From positions 46,376,001-46,440,000 of the forward strand of contig OX597832.1 of assembly GCA_951406725.2 (NCBI GenBank): a DNA stretch of 64,000 bases, read 5' to 3'. The stretch is from Octopus vulgaris. Lineage: Eukaryota. Position 1 is the first letter of the stretch; every line of letters begins with the position of its first letter. The position numbers were made by a program, and so were the translations under genes. Of this stretch, positions 27,973 to 41,727 are shown in pieces. Below the pieces are notes generated by a model. That model saw nothing but the letters and a program-made list of their open reading frames with translations. It did not search any database and was not told the DNA's origin.

Positions 27973-28069
27973 CCGAATAATTGTCACATATTATATTTAC
28001 AGATAAATTCCTCTATTTACATAATATTGAGGTCTCTTCTTTTCTTTTGTTAACTTACCGTTTTTACCA

Positions 28070-28108
<39 letters not shown>

Positions 28109-28149
28109 AACACACACATATTTAAGTAACTACATATATGAATGAGTGT

Positions 28150-28180
<31 letters not shown>

Positions 28181-29075
28181 ATAATTAATATGGTGCACGC
28201 AGGACAAAAAGAACCCAAAATAGTGACGTCGTTACCCCTTCTTGATATGTTCTGCTTGAGGCAGATTTGAACGTGTATAGCTGATCGCTGCTGTTTTTCG
28301 TCGACGGGATCATTAGGTATTACGTGCTGATAACATACACGACTAAAAAGTGTAAGGGAACTTCGAGGCACTGCGTGTCTCATCTGTGCAAGCTACGTCG
28401 CCAGACATATGAGATTAACAATAGCTCGAGAACTTGTTTGCCGTAATCATGTCAGATAGGAACGCGTTCCGTTTGAATTATAGAAAAACTGCTGCAACCG
28501 ATCAGATATCAATTAACGTTTGGATTTACCCGAACATATTAGGAATGAATAGGTGCATTATTGTTTGGATTTTGAATGTTCTGCACGTATGCCATGAAAT
28601 ATTTTCTGTTTGGCAAACTTCAGCACGTACCAGCGAATTATTTGTTACCTCATTTGTATAAATAAGACTTCATATGTTCAGGGAGATAATATTAGGTGAG
28701 GCGACACTCGATGATCCTGAAACCTCGCGGTGTCTTGAGGTTTACTTGCATTATCGAATCGCATGTGTTATGAATATACAACAATATCTTGAAGAGCGAA
28801 TTACTCTCTCTTCACGAAAGCCAACGATCATACGTTCCCTTTCGAATCTGTCAGAAGAGAATCAGAATGAATACACACGTTGTTTGCTGGAACGCTGGTG
28901 CTATGATACGTGCAGTTGTTATTTATATTAAAAATAATATATCTTATATGAGGTGAGACATATTTACAATTTGTGTCCATCACAGAAACCGATGTCCTTC
29001 AAGTGCATCATACAATTGCCAAGGCTCGTCTTTGGATATATTCTGTGAGTTGCTAAAGTGATTTTCACAAAAATA

Positions 29076-29505
29076 ATAATACTGAATTTCTTTTTTGGAT
29101 TTGGTTTGCAAGAATCTTTATGTGAGTTCGTGTGTTGAAGCATGTTCTGTCGTGTCTGGGGAGAGTCATGTTCTTATTGTGCCTTATTATGTAACACACT
29201 CACCGGTAAAATCTCCACTTTTTTCTTATTTTTATTTTCCTAAAATTTCCGTTCCGTCTCTGTCCGTTATTTACACTGCATTCCCTTTGCATTCCCTTGC
29301 TTGTGCGCATGTGTGTGGGTCGGTGTTTGTGTGTGTGTGTGTGTGTGTGTGCCCATACATGCATGAAAATAAAGATATAATACTGAAATTTCCCTAATAT
29401 TTCTGTTGTGTCTGGGGAGAGTCATTTTCTTATTGTGCCTTATTATTTAACACACTCACCGGTAAAATCTCCACTTTTTTCTTATTTTTATTTTCCTAAA
29501 ATTTT
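29076..29505 (+). repeat. direct repeats of a dispersed family (29076-29248, 29387-29504; related pieces at 44101-44170 and 14793-14834 on -)
   Basis: GTGTCTGGGGAGAGTCAT...AACACACTCACCGGTAAAATCTCCACTTTTTTC occurs twice. Confidence 0.85.
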
Positions 29506-29849
29506 CTCTACCCTCCACGACAATTTCTCTCCTTTCACTACCTCGTGAACCGTGACCTTGCTCATCTTTTTACGCTTAACCTTGGACCAGGTCTCGGTTG
29601 CGCTACCCTGTGCTCCTACAATTTACTTACAAAATTTACATAGTCTTTACACAAACATCAGTTTTTGGTCAAACATTGTTTACACAAACATATTTAATTT
29701 TGACAGAACCATCAGTGTTTTATGTTTTAACTTCTTCTGCTGGTGGACTCTTCCTGATAACGGAGCACCATAAATACAAAATAATCTAGGCATAGGTGTA
29801 TTCGTTCTGGACATGTTTCAATATAGTTCTCATAGAAATTAATACGATA

Positions 29850-30530
29850 CTAATTGCTTTTCGTCATAAATCAGTTTTACTTTCATGATTCTCAAAATAA
29901 TATGTGATTTGGCTGTGTGCCATATTTTCGTCATTCTACGTCTCCCCGAAGACATTTCTTCAGCTTCACACGTAGCCTTATCACGATTGATCACAGGGCT
30001 GGATAATTTCAATCTTTTTATGATCTTACCTGGCTTGGTATGTAAGCTGTCTACAGTTTTCTCGTTTATGTATCCATCATGGTAATAAATAACATTATCA
30101 ATGTCGCTTCCAAACACCTCCAGATTTCAGTTGCTATCTGAAAGCGCGTTAGCTTTCTTGATTCTACGATGAAGACACATAAGAGAGACATTGGTGTAGT
30201 ATTTGCATTAGTAATATTTCTTGCTTCAGACGACATTTCTCTCTGGTGGTATGTCTCTTTGACATTTAAATTAGCCAAATACTTCGTGATAGAAATATTA
30301 TGAAATATTGATTCAGAATTTCAAGTCGTTTAAGCATCTGAACAAACGTTGGCGTTTACATCTGTTTTATAAACTCCGTCTATTCAAGGAAAAGTCCACT
30401 TAAATTCACCGTTGAGAATGACGTCTAAAAGAGATAAGTTTATTAGTCTATTCAGCTTCAATATTACAAATATTTTATAGATAGGTTACTTTGCTTCCCC
30501 CTCAAAACAACTTGGCTTTCATAACGTTCG
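29850..30530 (-). pseudogene. fossil Ty3/Gypsy reverse transcriptase
   Basis: Minus-strand remnants VYKTDVNANVCSDA..NSESIF..KYLANLNVKETYHQREMSSEARNIT..TPMSL..FQ..DIDNVIYYHD follow the Gypsy RT motif order (DY..VN, Y.P, .D...AY.Q, TP.GL, FQ, Y.DD), with many stops and frameshifts. Confidence 0.65.
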
Positions 30531-31001
30531 ATAATAATGTGAGTTTTAGATGCCCTTGACATCTCAATGTTTACAGAAATTTCAATCTAACGATATAATG
30601 TTTACTGTTCAGCTTATATTACATCCTCAACTAAAGATGAAGGTTTTTTTTTTATTCTACATTCCTTAACAGCACTACTCAACATCTTAAAATTAAGATC
30701 TCATCAATTTCCATCAACGCATAAACTATTCAAAATTTTAATGCATTCTCGATTACATTAATTTAGCTTGATGTTTTTAAAAATAATTTATTAATTTTCG
30801 TTTATTACCATCAGTCAGTTTCTGAAGTACTAAATACGGAATATTAACATTGTTGAAATGATAACATTGTTGAAATCTTAATTGGCAATTGGCTGCATTC
30901 AGGCCGCCTTAAAATATACATACAGAATCTCCATTTTCAATTGCGTCGTTTCCTCCGATATTTTTTAGATTTAATCATGTATATGTGTGTGTATGTGTGT
31001 T

Positions 31002-31063
<62 letters not shown>

Positions 31064-31705
31064 TGTTCGTCTGTATGTAATTATGCATGTAATCGTTGAT
31101 CGTTATATCACTAAGCATATTCTGATTACCAGGCCATACTTGAATGGTTAAAAAGTTCGTGAGCAAGCAAGGTGAGAATTACTAGCCACGAGGAAATCAA
31201 CGTATTTGTTTACTGCAAATATTCAGGCTTAGAACAAAACAGCATCAGAAGATTCAGACAACATTCGAAGCAATGTAACTTAAATCTGACTGTCTAACAT
31301 TTTGATTTATCTATACCTTGCAATTTTAGTTTCATTCTTATTCCTATGAGGAGTCTTTACGTATCTGTATTAATTAAACTTTTCCTATTTCACCCACGCT
31401 CTATATGTGTGTTTTTTGTGTCTGCCTGTGTGTGTATGTGCCTTTACGAGAGAAATAGAGAGGGAGAGGGAGAGATAAAGAGAGAGAGAGAGAGCCCTAA
31501 TCTCATTTATGAATTATACATGTTGTTTACACATATATAACAATCTCTATATAAAGTTGTAATCTATTTTAGAATTTCAGTCTCAGACGCACTTTTACAC
31601 GGACATTGGTAGACACATAGAAACAGTTCTGCTCATATACACTCTACATCTACAGACATATATACATACATACACAGACACACACACATATATATATGCA
31701 TATGA

Positions 31706-31747
<42 letters not shown>

Positions 31748-32051
31748 ATATACGTATGTATTTATATGTATATATAGAAGCATACATAAAAAGTAAGACC
31801 AATGTACGCACAGACGTTACAGCATTATAAAATCACCCTCTCACACACACATATACATACGAAGACATACAATCACAAACACAATCATACACACATAGGT
31901 CACACAACCATAAGGAAGCATACAAAGCCATACAGGTGCACACACCTCTTAAAATATTTAGTGTACTATTGCACATCCCAAACGTGAATGCACATAAACA
32001 TACAAAATGTGTACATCCTTCTCTATGTATGTATACATGTATGTATATATG

Positions 32052-32308
<257 letters not shown>

Positions 32309-33469
32309 CAGACATATGTATGTATGCAAATGAAAGTGAAACCGTTGATATGGTAGTTGTTTTCAACATCATCTTATATCTTCCATTGAATTTCATTCGA
32401 CCGTAACTTGAATGTGAGTTTATATATACTTCACTGCTTGGAGACGAGACAAAGAATTGTCTGAGACAGACTCAAAAACAAAAAAACTTACATACATACT
32501 CGTATATATGTATATGCATATATATATATATATATATATGTATGTATATATATATATAACATACTAAATGCCTTGCATAACAACCAGTCACAATATTCGT
32601 TGCTGACATACCAGTTATATTTACACCTCTCAATACACACATATCGATGGATGCGTATAAATAAACGCATCCATGCTTATTCTATATATAAACATGAACC
32701 ATGGTGATTTAGCAAACGAATGGATGATATCTAAGGAATAGTTGATTGCATCAAGAATTTAAAAATAGGTTCTTAGTTTTAATCTTTGTCCACAGCCAAT
32801 CGTTGTTGTTCGATTTTCTTATTTTTTCTTTTTGTTTTTCAATTTATATATTCAATTCATTTCTTATTAATCATTACAGAACTTACACCCCAGAAAAATA
32901 GAAGAGTTCATGGTAATTTTTGTTTTTTTGTTTTTTGGCATCATAATGAATTTTGCTTAGTTCGCGACGATGAATATACCAGTTATTCGATTAATGAAAC
33001 AAAATGTTTTAATGAGCACCTTAATGTTAAATACGCTTGAAGTTAGGTTTTCACACGGGCCTGCCGAAACAGGCTTCCCTGCAGCCGGCAGGAAACCTAC
33101 TAGGGGGGGCCCGGATGAGGAAGACGAAGAATACTGCAAAATATATTTTTGTAATTTGTAATTGTAATTTTTGAATTTTTGTGATTATAATTTTGATTTA
33201 TATTTATTTAAATTAAACAGTGATTTCGCAGGGTTTTCGGTCGGCGGGTGCCGGTGCCCCTCCCATTTTTTCAATCTTTGTCGTTTTTATACACATTGAT
33301 GTCTCTGTCCAGCCCGCAGCTACCTTTATCTATGTTTGACCTTCATGGTCAATTCGATGAAATAACGTTAGATTTAACAACCTAGAGTCCTGCCCAACTC
33401 ATCTTCTATATTTTATCTTTTAGTTGTTTCCTTCATTTCATTAGGCACCACCTTGTAAGTTTTAAGGTG

Positions 33470-33714
33470 ACCGAATATACCTCAGAACACATTTTTTATT
33501 TATTAAATCCTGGTACTTATGTTATCCCTATTTTTTTTTTTTTTGCCGAACAGTTAGGTTACTGAGACACAAAAAAAACCCCAAACCGGTTGTCAAGGGA
33601 TGCCAGGGGGCAAATGTAAACAGCTATAGCACTCTATTTATCTATTCTTTCTTTTACACTTATATGTTTCCGTGATTTGACTACAGCCATGCTGGAGCAC
33701 CGCCTTTAGTCGAA
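33470..33714 (-). mobile_element. rearranged degenerate SINE family A fragments
   Basis: TTGCCGAAC..., CGGTTGTCAAG, CCATGCTGGAGCACCGCCTTTAGTCGA. Confidence 0.7.
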
Positions 33715-34074
33715 ATTTTCTCAAAACAACTTCTCCGACCGTCTCATAGGCCTCTCCTTTGAGAAACACCGATTTAACCTAAATTTCAGACACCAGCAAA
33801 AGAAGAAATAAAAGTAGACTTTTCTTCTATTCCAAAGGAAAACGATTTTATTCACGCAAATATGCAACCGAAGAGGTGAGAGTACCAGTAATGATAAGGC
33901 TGTTGTCTGGGAGAACACAAACATGGTATAAACAGTAAGCTTGGCAGGAAAGAAACGTACCTTTAAGCAGTATAAAAATGGAAGGTGCAGTTATGTACAG
34001 GTTGGTGGAAGAAAAGCGGGACAAAAACGGCTTTATCGATCGCTTTCTTACCTGGAATTGATTTTTTTATATTT

Positions 34075-34205
34075 TTTCAGGACTTATACACGCCCTGATA
34101 CCGTCGGTATCTACATATCAAATTTGAGCGCAATCGGATGGAGGATGCTCGAGATCCGAAAAGACTCACACACACAGACAGACAGACAGGAGGGATTTTA
34201 TATAA
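34075..34205 (+). mobile_element. Helentron/DINE-1-like non-autonomous element 3' end
   Basis: AAATTTGAGCGCAATCGG...(CA)n(GACA)n...TTTTATATA, resembling HINE/DINE-1 3' ends. Pattern recognition only. Confidence 0.45.
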
Positions 34206-35480
34206 GCGATAACTCCACCAAATATAATTTAAGGTTAGATATAACATCAACAGTTTTGATATTTATACGCCCGTGATTTATATAGCTGCATTTAATTAGA
34301 TACGTAGTTATTTTACGCAGAGCCTTTTCCTGCTTCAAACGTTCCTATGCATACGTATGTGTGGACGACTACTTAGAACGAAACCAATTTCGATGGATGT
34401 ACACCTAATCAAATAATATAAGACTTACACAAAGAACGCTGCTGGAAGGAACAGGAAATCAAATATCAAAAACAAACAGGATTGGGTGTCTTTAATTAAA
34501 TATTAAAACTAGTTTCATATTGATCTTAGCATTACGTGATTGTTTCTAACAATATTAACGAAATGAAACGCTGCATGTAAAGTACAATTAAATCTTCGAT
34601 TTCTCACGAGAGTCTATCTATTTAATTACATTACAAACAAATTTTCTTTTAATTTGATTATTATTCTATGCGCTAATGCAGAAATATTTGAATTTATAAA
34701 TCTGTAGTCTTTGCTAGCAACATAACTGAACTTAACTCTTGTAATTTTTAGCAGCACACTTCGCTTTCGACGGATTTCGCAGTGAAATTTTAAAAGCCGG
34801 AAAGAAAACTTAAACGAATTTAAACTTGAATTAGCATTCCGTTTAAAAGGCTGATTACATATAATTAAATATTCTAATTATGTTAAATGAAGCCAAAACG
34901 CATCCGATTGATATTGAGAAGGATTACTCGAAAATAGTAAAAAAAAAAAAAACTGGTTTATATTACAGAAGATACAGCACTTTCATGACGCGTCCAGAGA
35001 GATACTCAGCTGTATGCTGTACACTAAATGGAAATGCTTTTATATCAAGGAATGCTCAAGGACGCGTTATTATTAATAACAGTTTTTGAAGCATACGCTA
35101 TGTTGACTTGTATTCGCAGTTTCTGGAAACGAACGAGATGTAAATTTACTGAAAGCTTTTGCAATTAAAAATTCAATTTGGATGATTCTTCTAAAGCCAG
35201 TTGAGAGATAAAGAGATATTTTGATGGCCACAGATAGTGTGAAGTTGTTGCTGATATTATTAATTATGCATTTGGAAGTAAAATGTAAATTAAGAAACGT
35301 TTGCATAATGCATTCTATATGGTCCCAATCCACAATAATATGTATTTTAATAAGCTGTGTCATCCATCGAAATTTAACACTGATACACACGAACTTACAC
35401 GTATATGTGTGTATATGCATATCACTACACACACACACACATGCATACACACACACATACACACACACACACACACACAC

Positions 35481-35573
<93 letters not shown>

Positions 35574-35616
35574 CAAGTAAAAAATAGAAAATGCTAAAAT
35601 AATTTTATAGTGAACA

Positions 35617-35660
35617 TTTCAGTACCGGTTTCGGTCATTTTGAGACCTTTTCAACTGTAA
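35617..35660 (-). ncRNA. minimal type-I hammerhead motif with U3-A8 covariation
   Basis: The minus strand reads TTACAG TTGAAAA GGTC-TCAAAAT-GACC GAA ACCGGT A CTGAAA. Confidence 0.7.
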
Positions 35661-36498
35661 CGATTAAATAATTAAATTTAGAAAAATTAGAAGAAAAGTT
35701 TTTTTAAAAGAATATTTCTATAGTAGTGTTCAGATTTAAGTGGCATTCTGCCTTTCTCTGACTCCCTTGTTTGCACTTGTGTGTTTATATATATATATAT
35801 ATATATAAAGAATATCAAGCACAAATTCAAAAGGTATCTTTGGTCGGAACATATCTAAGTTTATCTATGTGTATGTGTGTGCTGTAATAGAATAAGTTAC
35901 AAAAATGCAATATCTCGCATAGCGTAAATAATGAAAACTCATAAAGTTAAACCTCAATATAACTCGAGGGTAAAATTCAATGTTACACGTGTTTAGACCA
36001 CAAGCGAGCAATACAAGATTTGTCTTCAGGAATGTTTGTAATAGGGGTATTACATGCTGATATTTTCCCGAAAGTTTTATACTGTAGGTTCATGTTATTG
36101 ATGTGAGATCGTAGGCTTAGTTTGGTCATCGTAGATAGAATCCAAAGATAGTTGAGACTAAATGTAACCTACAATGACCTACATTAACCTACTAATATCA
36201 ATAATATGGAATTACCGTATAACAGTTCTAGAATACCAGCATACACTATACCCTTATAAATACTCTTCACCGATGTTTTATCAAACTCTCGTGCTTTAAA
36301 CTGCAGTAGCATTCAATTCTATTCTTATGTTGGGTGAACGTTTAAATATGCGAGGGGTCACCTTTACAATTAAAATGTGGAAATGTGAGAGTTGTGAAAA
36401 ATAAGTTATAGACAGATTGCATAAAAGCCATAATCTGAACTCATAGCAGCTGTTTACCTGTTTGCATATTTATTCTGTCATATAACTCTAACTCTATG

Positions 36499-36536
<38 letters not shown>

Positions 36537-36859
36537 CCTATCTATTTATTAGTTTATCTATCTCTCTACCTATCTATGCATCTATCTTTACGATTGAAAC
36601 AACACCTATAGATAATGCTCATTAAACAACAATAACTTCCTTGCATTTGGAGTTTAGATAGTTATAGTTAAGACAGTTGGTGTTTAGGTAACAAGTTACA
36701 TTTTCCGTATCTTACGTCATTACCTTACGTCATCAGACGTAATATTAACTGAAATCTATATTACACGTGTGCGTATACATTTGTGAGTATGTCTGTGTGT
36801 ATGTTTGTATAAATTAGCATACAAATGAATATATACATACAAATAGATATATATGTATA

Positions 36860-36931
<72 letters not shown>

Positions 36932-37228
36932 CAGAGTGAGGCAGAGAGAAAGAGACATAGATAGACAGAGAGAGAGAGAGAGTGGTGGGGGATAGTCTCC
37001 AACAGAATACGTCAGTATTACTAATGAGAAATTCACAGAATGGTTACGCAGTAAAATACCTGAAATATATAGTAGTGGCAGGTGAAAAATCACAAGACCA
37101 ACTACATTAGTGAAATACTCTATGTGACAAATGTAAATGCCTAACTTCTGCCACAAGTGGCAGGATGTAGAGGGACTAATTAAGCCCATTATTTTGATTT
37201 GCTACTCCGATATCGGCTAGGTGTGGAG

Positions 37229-37429
37229 CAGTGGTTTTCAACCAGTGTTCCGCCAGTACCGTCCAGGGGTTCCGCAAGAAATTACAAAACTGCTAAAATC
37301 GGCAGTAATTTTTAATTATCCTGTGCAGATATGTGTGCATAAGACAATTAAATTATTGCACAGGGGTTCCTCGCGCCAGTGGAATGTTTCCTTGGGGTTC
37401 CGCTCCTGCAAAAAGTTTGAAAAGCACTG
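37229..37429. mobile_element. hAT (Charlie-like) MITE, 201 bp
   Basis: TIRs CAGTGGTTTTCAA / TTGAAAAGCACTG and an 8-bp TSD GTGTGGAG / GTGCGGAG. Confidence 0.88.
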
Positions 37430-37733
37430 GTGCGGAGGCACATGGCCTAGCGGTTAGAGCAGCGGATTTGACAGGCAAATCGGTAGGCTGCCAAACTGAA
37501 TATTAATCGTTCTAGTTTCCTTTACGATTTAATATCAAATCATACAGCACAGACTGAGTCTTTTGCTCTAGCTAGGGCTAATATATTAAGAATGGGTTGA
37601 ACTTCCTGGAATCAAGCAAATATTTTTCCCACCAAGCTGTGTGCCCTTGTGTCTCAGATTGAACATTGTGTTTCCAGGTTTGCTTTCCATTGTCCATAGT
37701 AGTTTGTTGTGTGTCGTTATTAGAAAACGTCTT

Positions 37734-38460
37734 AAGGAGTTGAGCTGAGCTGGTGGAATCATTAGCAACGGCGGTCTAAATACTTAGCTGCAATTCATTT
37801 TTCTTTACAATCTGAGCTCAGATTCTACCGAGTTCGGCTCTGACTTTTCACCTTTTCAGAACCGATAACATAAATACCACGTGAGCATTAGTGTCGATAT
37901 AAGCGATTTAGTCCCTGATCTGATATTGCTGGCCTTCTACCAAAAGTTGAAACCATTATTAGAAACCTTCCTTAAAACGGCAAGCGTGCGGAATCGTTAG
38001 CGGCATTTCGTCCGCCTTTACCGTAGTGGCATTTCGGCTACCTTAACCTTAGCGACATTTCATCCGTCTTTATGTTGTGGAGTCAAATTCTGTCGAGGTC
38101 GACTTTGCTTTCACTTATTCGTGCTCGATAAAGTAAATACTAGTCAAGTACTGAGATCAATGTAATCGATTGTTCCCCTTCTGCCAAATTCCAGACCATG
38201 TGCCTATAATAGGGATGATTATCAGATGGCATCTAAAGGCCGCCAGCTGGGAGAATCGTTAGTGAAACAAGGAAATTGCTCAGGGGTATTTTTCCGTCTC
38301 TTCAGTTTTGAGTTCAAATCCGTTTAAGGTTGACCCTGCCTTCCCTCTTTTCAGGGTCAGTAAAATACATGCCACCTGAATATTGGCGTCCATATATTTG
38401 ACTTAATCTCTCCTCTCAAATGTTGCTGTCGTAGTACCAACATTTGAAACCAATATTTGA
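37734..38460 (+). mobile_element. three tandem degenerate SINE family B copies
   Basis: Heads near 37737, 37978 and 38238 (GAGCTGG..GAATCGTTAG), each followed by a GAGTTCAAAT-like B box. Confidence 0.75.
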
Positions 38461-38614
38461 AATCGTCTAAGGATGATACTGTTCCTCATTTTTCAGAGTC
38501 GACACAATACACCTCTAAGTAAATTCTTAAGCGGATATAATCGACGTTGACTCCACCAACACACACCTCGCGATTGTTGGCCTTATATCTAATTTCCAAA
38601 ACAACTATTGAAGA

Positions 38615-39082
<468 letters not shown>

Positions 39083-41199
39083 ATTGAAGAGATCTCTTCA
39101 ATATCTCGACGTATTAATGATTTGGAAGTCTTTAATTTCTTTTTATATAAAATAGTTAAACACCCAAGTTTATTCAATGTAGGAAACCTCATTGCGTATG
39201 ACTAAAATGAAATGTATTCATAAACTTCTATTTATTTTCTGAGTTCAAGTTTTGCCAAACCTTTCTCGGTGGGGTGATAAAATAAAGGACACTTGTATAC
39301 CAGAGTCGGTTTCATTCAGCTTTGCCTGGGCTATCAAAGCTAGTGTGGATTTCCCTACGCGTTTGCTCCAATATGATAGAAAAGCCGTAAAATTGACATC
39401 AGTAACACGGAAAGGGAAGGTGACGTCAGATATTGTATTTGAATATACGCAATGCTTGAAAGAAGGGCAAGCATCTAACAGAAATAAAGCCTTTGATCAC
39501 AGGTTTGCACGATATGGTTTGACCCGGGCTAAATATCACTAGCTCGACGCAGAACGACAAAAATGTGTACGACATTAAGCTAAAGTTAGAAATCATTATT
39601 AAAGCCAGCTTTGTTAAGAACGACGATTAACTGTATCAGAGTCAGCTATAATAATAATAATAATAATTATTATTATTAATATTTCTATTGTGAACAACCG
39701 CTTCCATTTCATTTACCTCATAACGATGCAACAAAAATTATTTGCTTCGATGGAAACACGTTAGGGAAGAAATCAAAGCGCTGTTAAAGTGGGTATTTAG
39801 TGATTAAGTCCTTTATAATGTCCAACTCTAGATCAAAACATTTCAATTCTCTTCGGCACTACTTTTGCTATGTTCGGTGTTCGTTCATGAAGCTCTGCTA
39901 CATGTTGGGGTTCATTGAACATTCACTGAATAAAGCAAATGGTTTATCTCTCACCCCAAAGGTAAGGCCTGCTTCCTGCACAATGTGCTTTTTGGTTTAA
40001 GCAATGGTTTCGCAATATTTTATTTATTTCTTTTATAAATTTTTTCTTGTATTATTTTTTTAGTTTTCTTTACAATACGAACCGGCATTCATGCAATTGA
40101 AACATTATAACTTTACTAAAATAATATTTGATTAATATCAGTAGTTTCAACTACAACCAGAACAACAGAGATTTTTAGATTGAAACAAAAAAATATGATA
40201 CACATTTTAGTTTTAGCGTTTTCTTTCTTTTCCTAATTTTAATATTTCATATCATATTTCTATTGATAGTTTATTTTAATTTTTAGAGTTCATTATAAAT
40301 TAGATATGCGTGCAAACAGTAGCCTCGGGAGATATAGACAGTTCCATATCAGAAAGAATATCAAGAGATTATGAATATTAAAAATAAAAAATAAAACCAT
40401 CGCAAAAATTAAATTAAATTAAAAGAAAACTAGTAATAAAGAGTAACGTATCATTGTTTAATTATGCCCCGCACTACATAATTTTATTGATGTTTTCTTT
40501 TCGTTACTCTTTAACTTTTAACCGCCGATATCTGAACAAAGATTTTAACGTTTGAAAAAACACTTTTTAAAGTGTATTTAAGCGTTTTCTTTTTATCTCT
40601 AGCGGGTTTTATCGAAGATTTACGAGTGGCATGACAAACGAGTTATAGATCTCGTATGTGGGGGAAGAAAATAAAGATGAAGCGAAAGGTTATCAGTAAA
40701 TAGAGAAAAAAGCTAAAGTTCTGGATTTTAAAATACATGAAACTGGAGATTTCTCAACGGAATTTTTACAGAACGGTCATCGATTTTCTCGTTGATAGCT
40801 ATGTTACTTTTAGTTTTATACATACATTTCTTGTCTTTTTTTTTTCCTCCTTTGGAAGACTGTTATAAAATTGTTAACAACTATTCACTAATGAAAATAA
40901 AATTACTTGCCAATCCCCTGGTTGGTTACAGTTAGTGGTAAAACTTTGCTTTTTGCACTTTTTAATCCACAAGGCATACTTTCGAATAACTGCAAGTATA
41001 ATTAATGATTTGTGAACTCTCCAAACTTGTAAGTAAACTCAGGAAAAAATTGGTGCATATGACTGTTGCGGTTTCCATCCCTGCTTGAAATCATTTCATT
41101 TATTTCACAAACCAATCTGTACTACGAGATCCATCTCTTCGGAAACAACGCAACAATGACGGGAAATTATAATAAATAATGATAAATAATAATAAATAA

Positions 41200-41535
41200 T
41201 AAGTAGCTTGTTTACCAGCCACATGGTTCCGGGTTCAGTCCCACTGTGTGGCACCTTGGGCAAGTGTCTTCTACTATAGCCTCGGGCCGACCAAAGCCTT
41301 GTGAGTGGATTTGGTCGACGGAAACTGAAAGAAGCCCGTCGTATATATGTGTATATATATGTATGTGAGTGTGTTTGTGTGTCTGTGTTTATGTCCCCGT
41401 AACTTAGCGGTTCGGCAAAAGAGACCGATAGAATAAGTACTGGGCTTACACATAATAAGTCCCGGGGTCGAGTTGCTCGATTAAACGCGGTGCTCCAGCA
41501 TGGCCGCAGTTAAAATGACTGAAACAAGTAAAAAA
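41200..41535 (+). mobile_element. SINE family A (A box truncated)
   Basis: Matches 1951-2389 with an internal deletion. Confidence 0.9.
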
Positions 41536-41727
41536 GAAACAGAAAAAGAAAAAAAAGAAAGAAAAAAGAATGATGACTTAATTAATGAAGATAGATCGTC
41601 TATGGCACAGCAGAATCAAATGAGCTGCTAGGATGGTTCTTCAAAGACACAATAAGAACTAAATACGTGATTCAATCCCCCATCGCTGTTTTTCTGAGTT
41701 TGATGCAATAGCGTAATAGAGTAGTAG

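Larger units (their letters stand above)
27720..28069. mobile_element. foldback element (123-bp arms 27720-27842 and 27883-28005) with 3' extension into (TA)n; Penelope-pLTR/retrozyme-like
   Basis: Near-perfect inverted arms with a hammerhead motif in each. A second copy lies at 61238-61444. Confidence 0.85.

Noticed and set aside
28150-29060. Possible decayed DNA-transposase sequence (also 17960-18110, mariner-like)
   Set aside because: Motifs are too degenerate to support a call by eye
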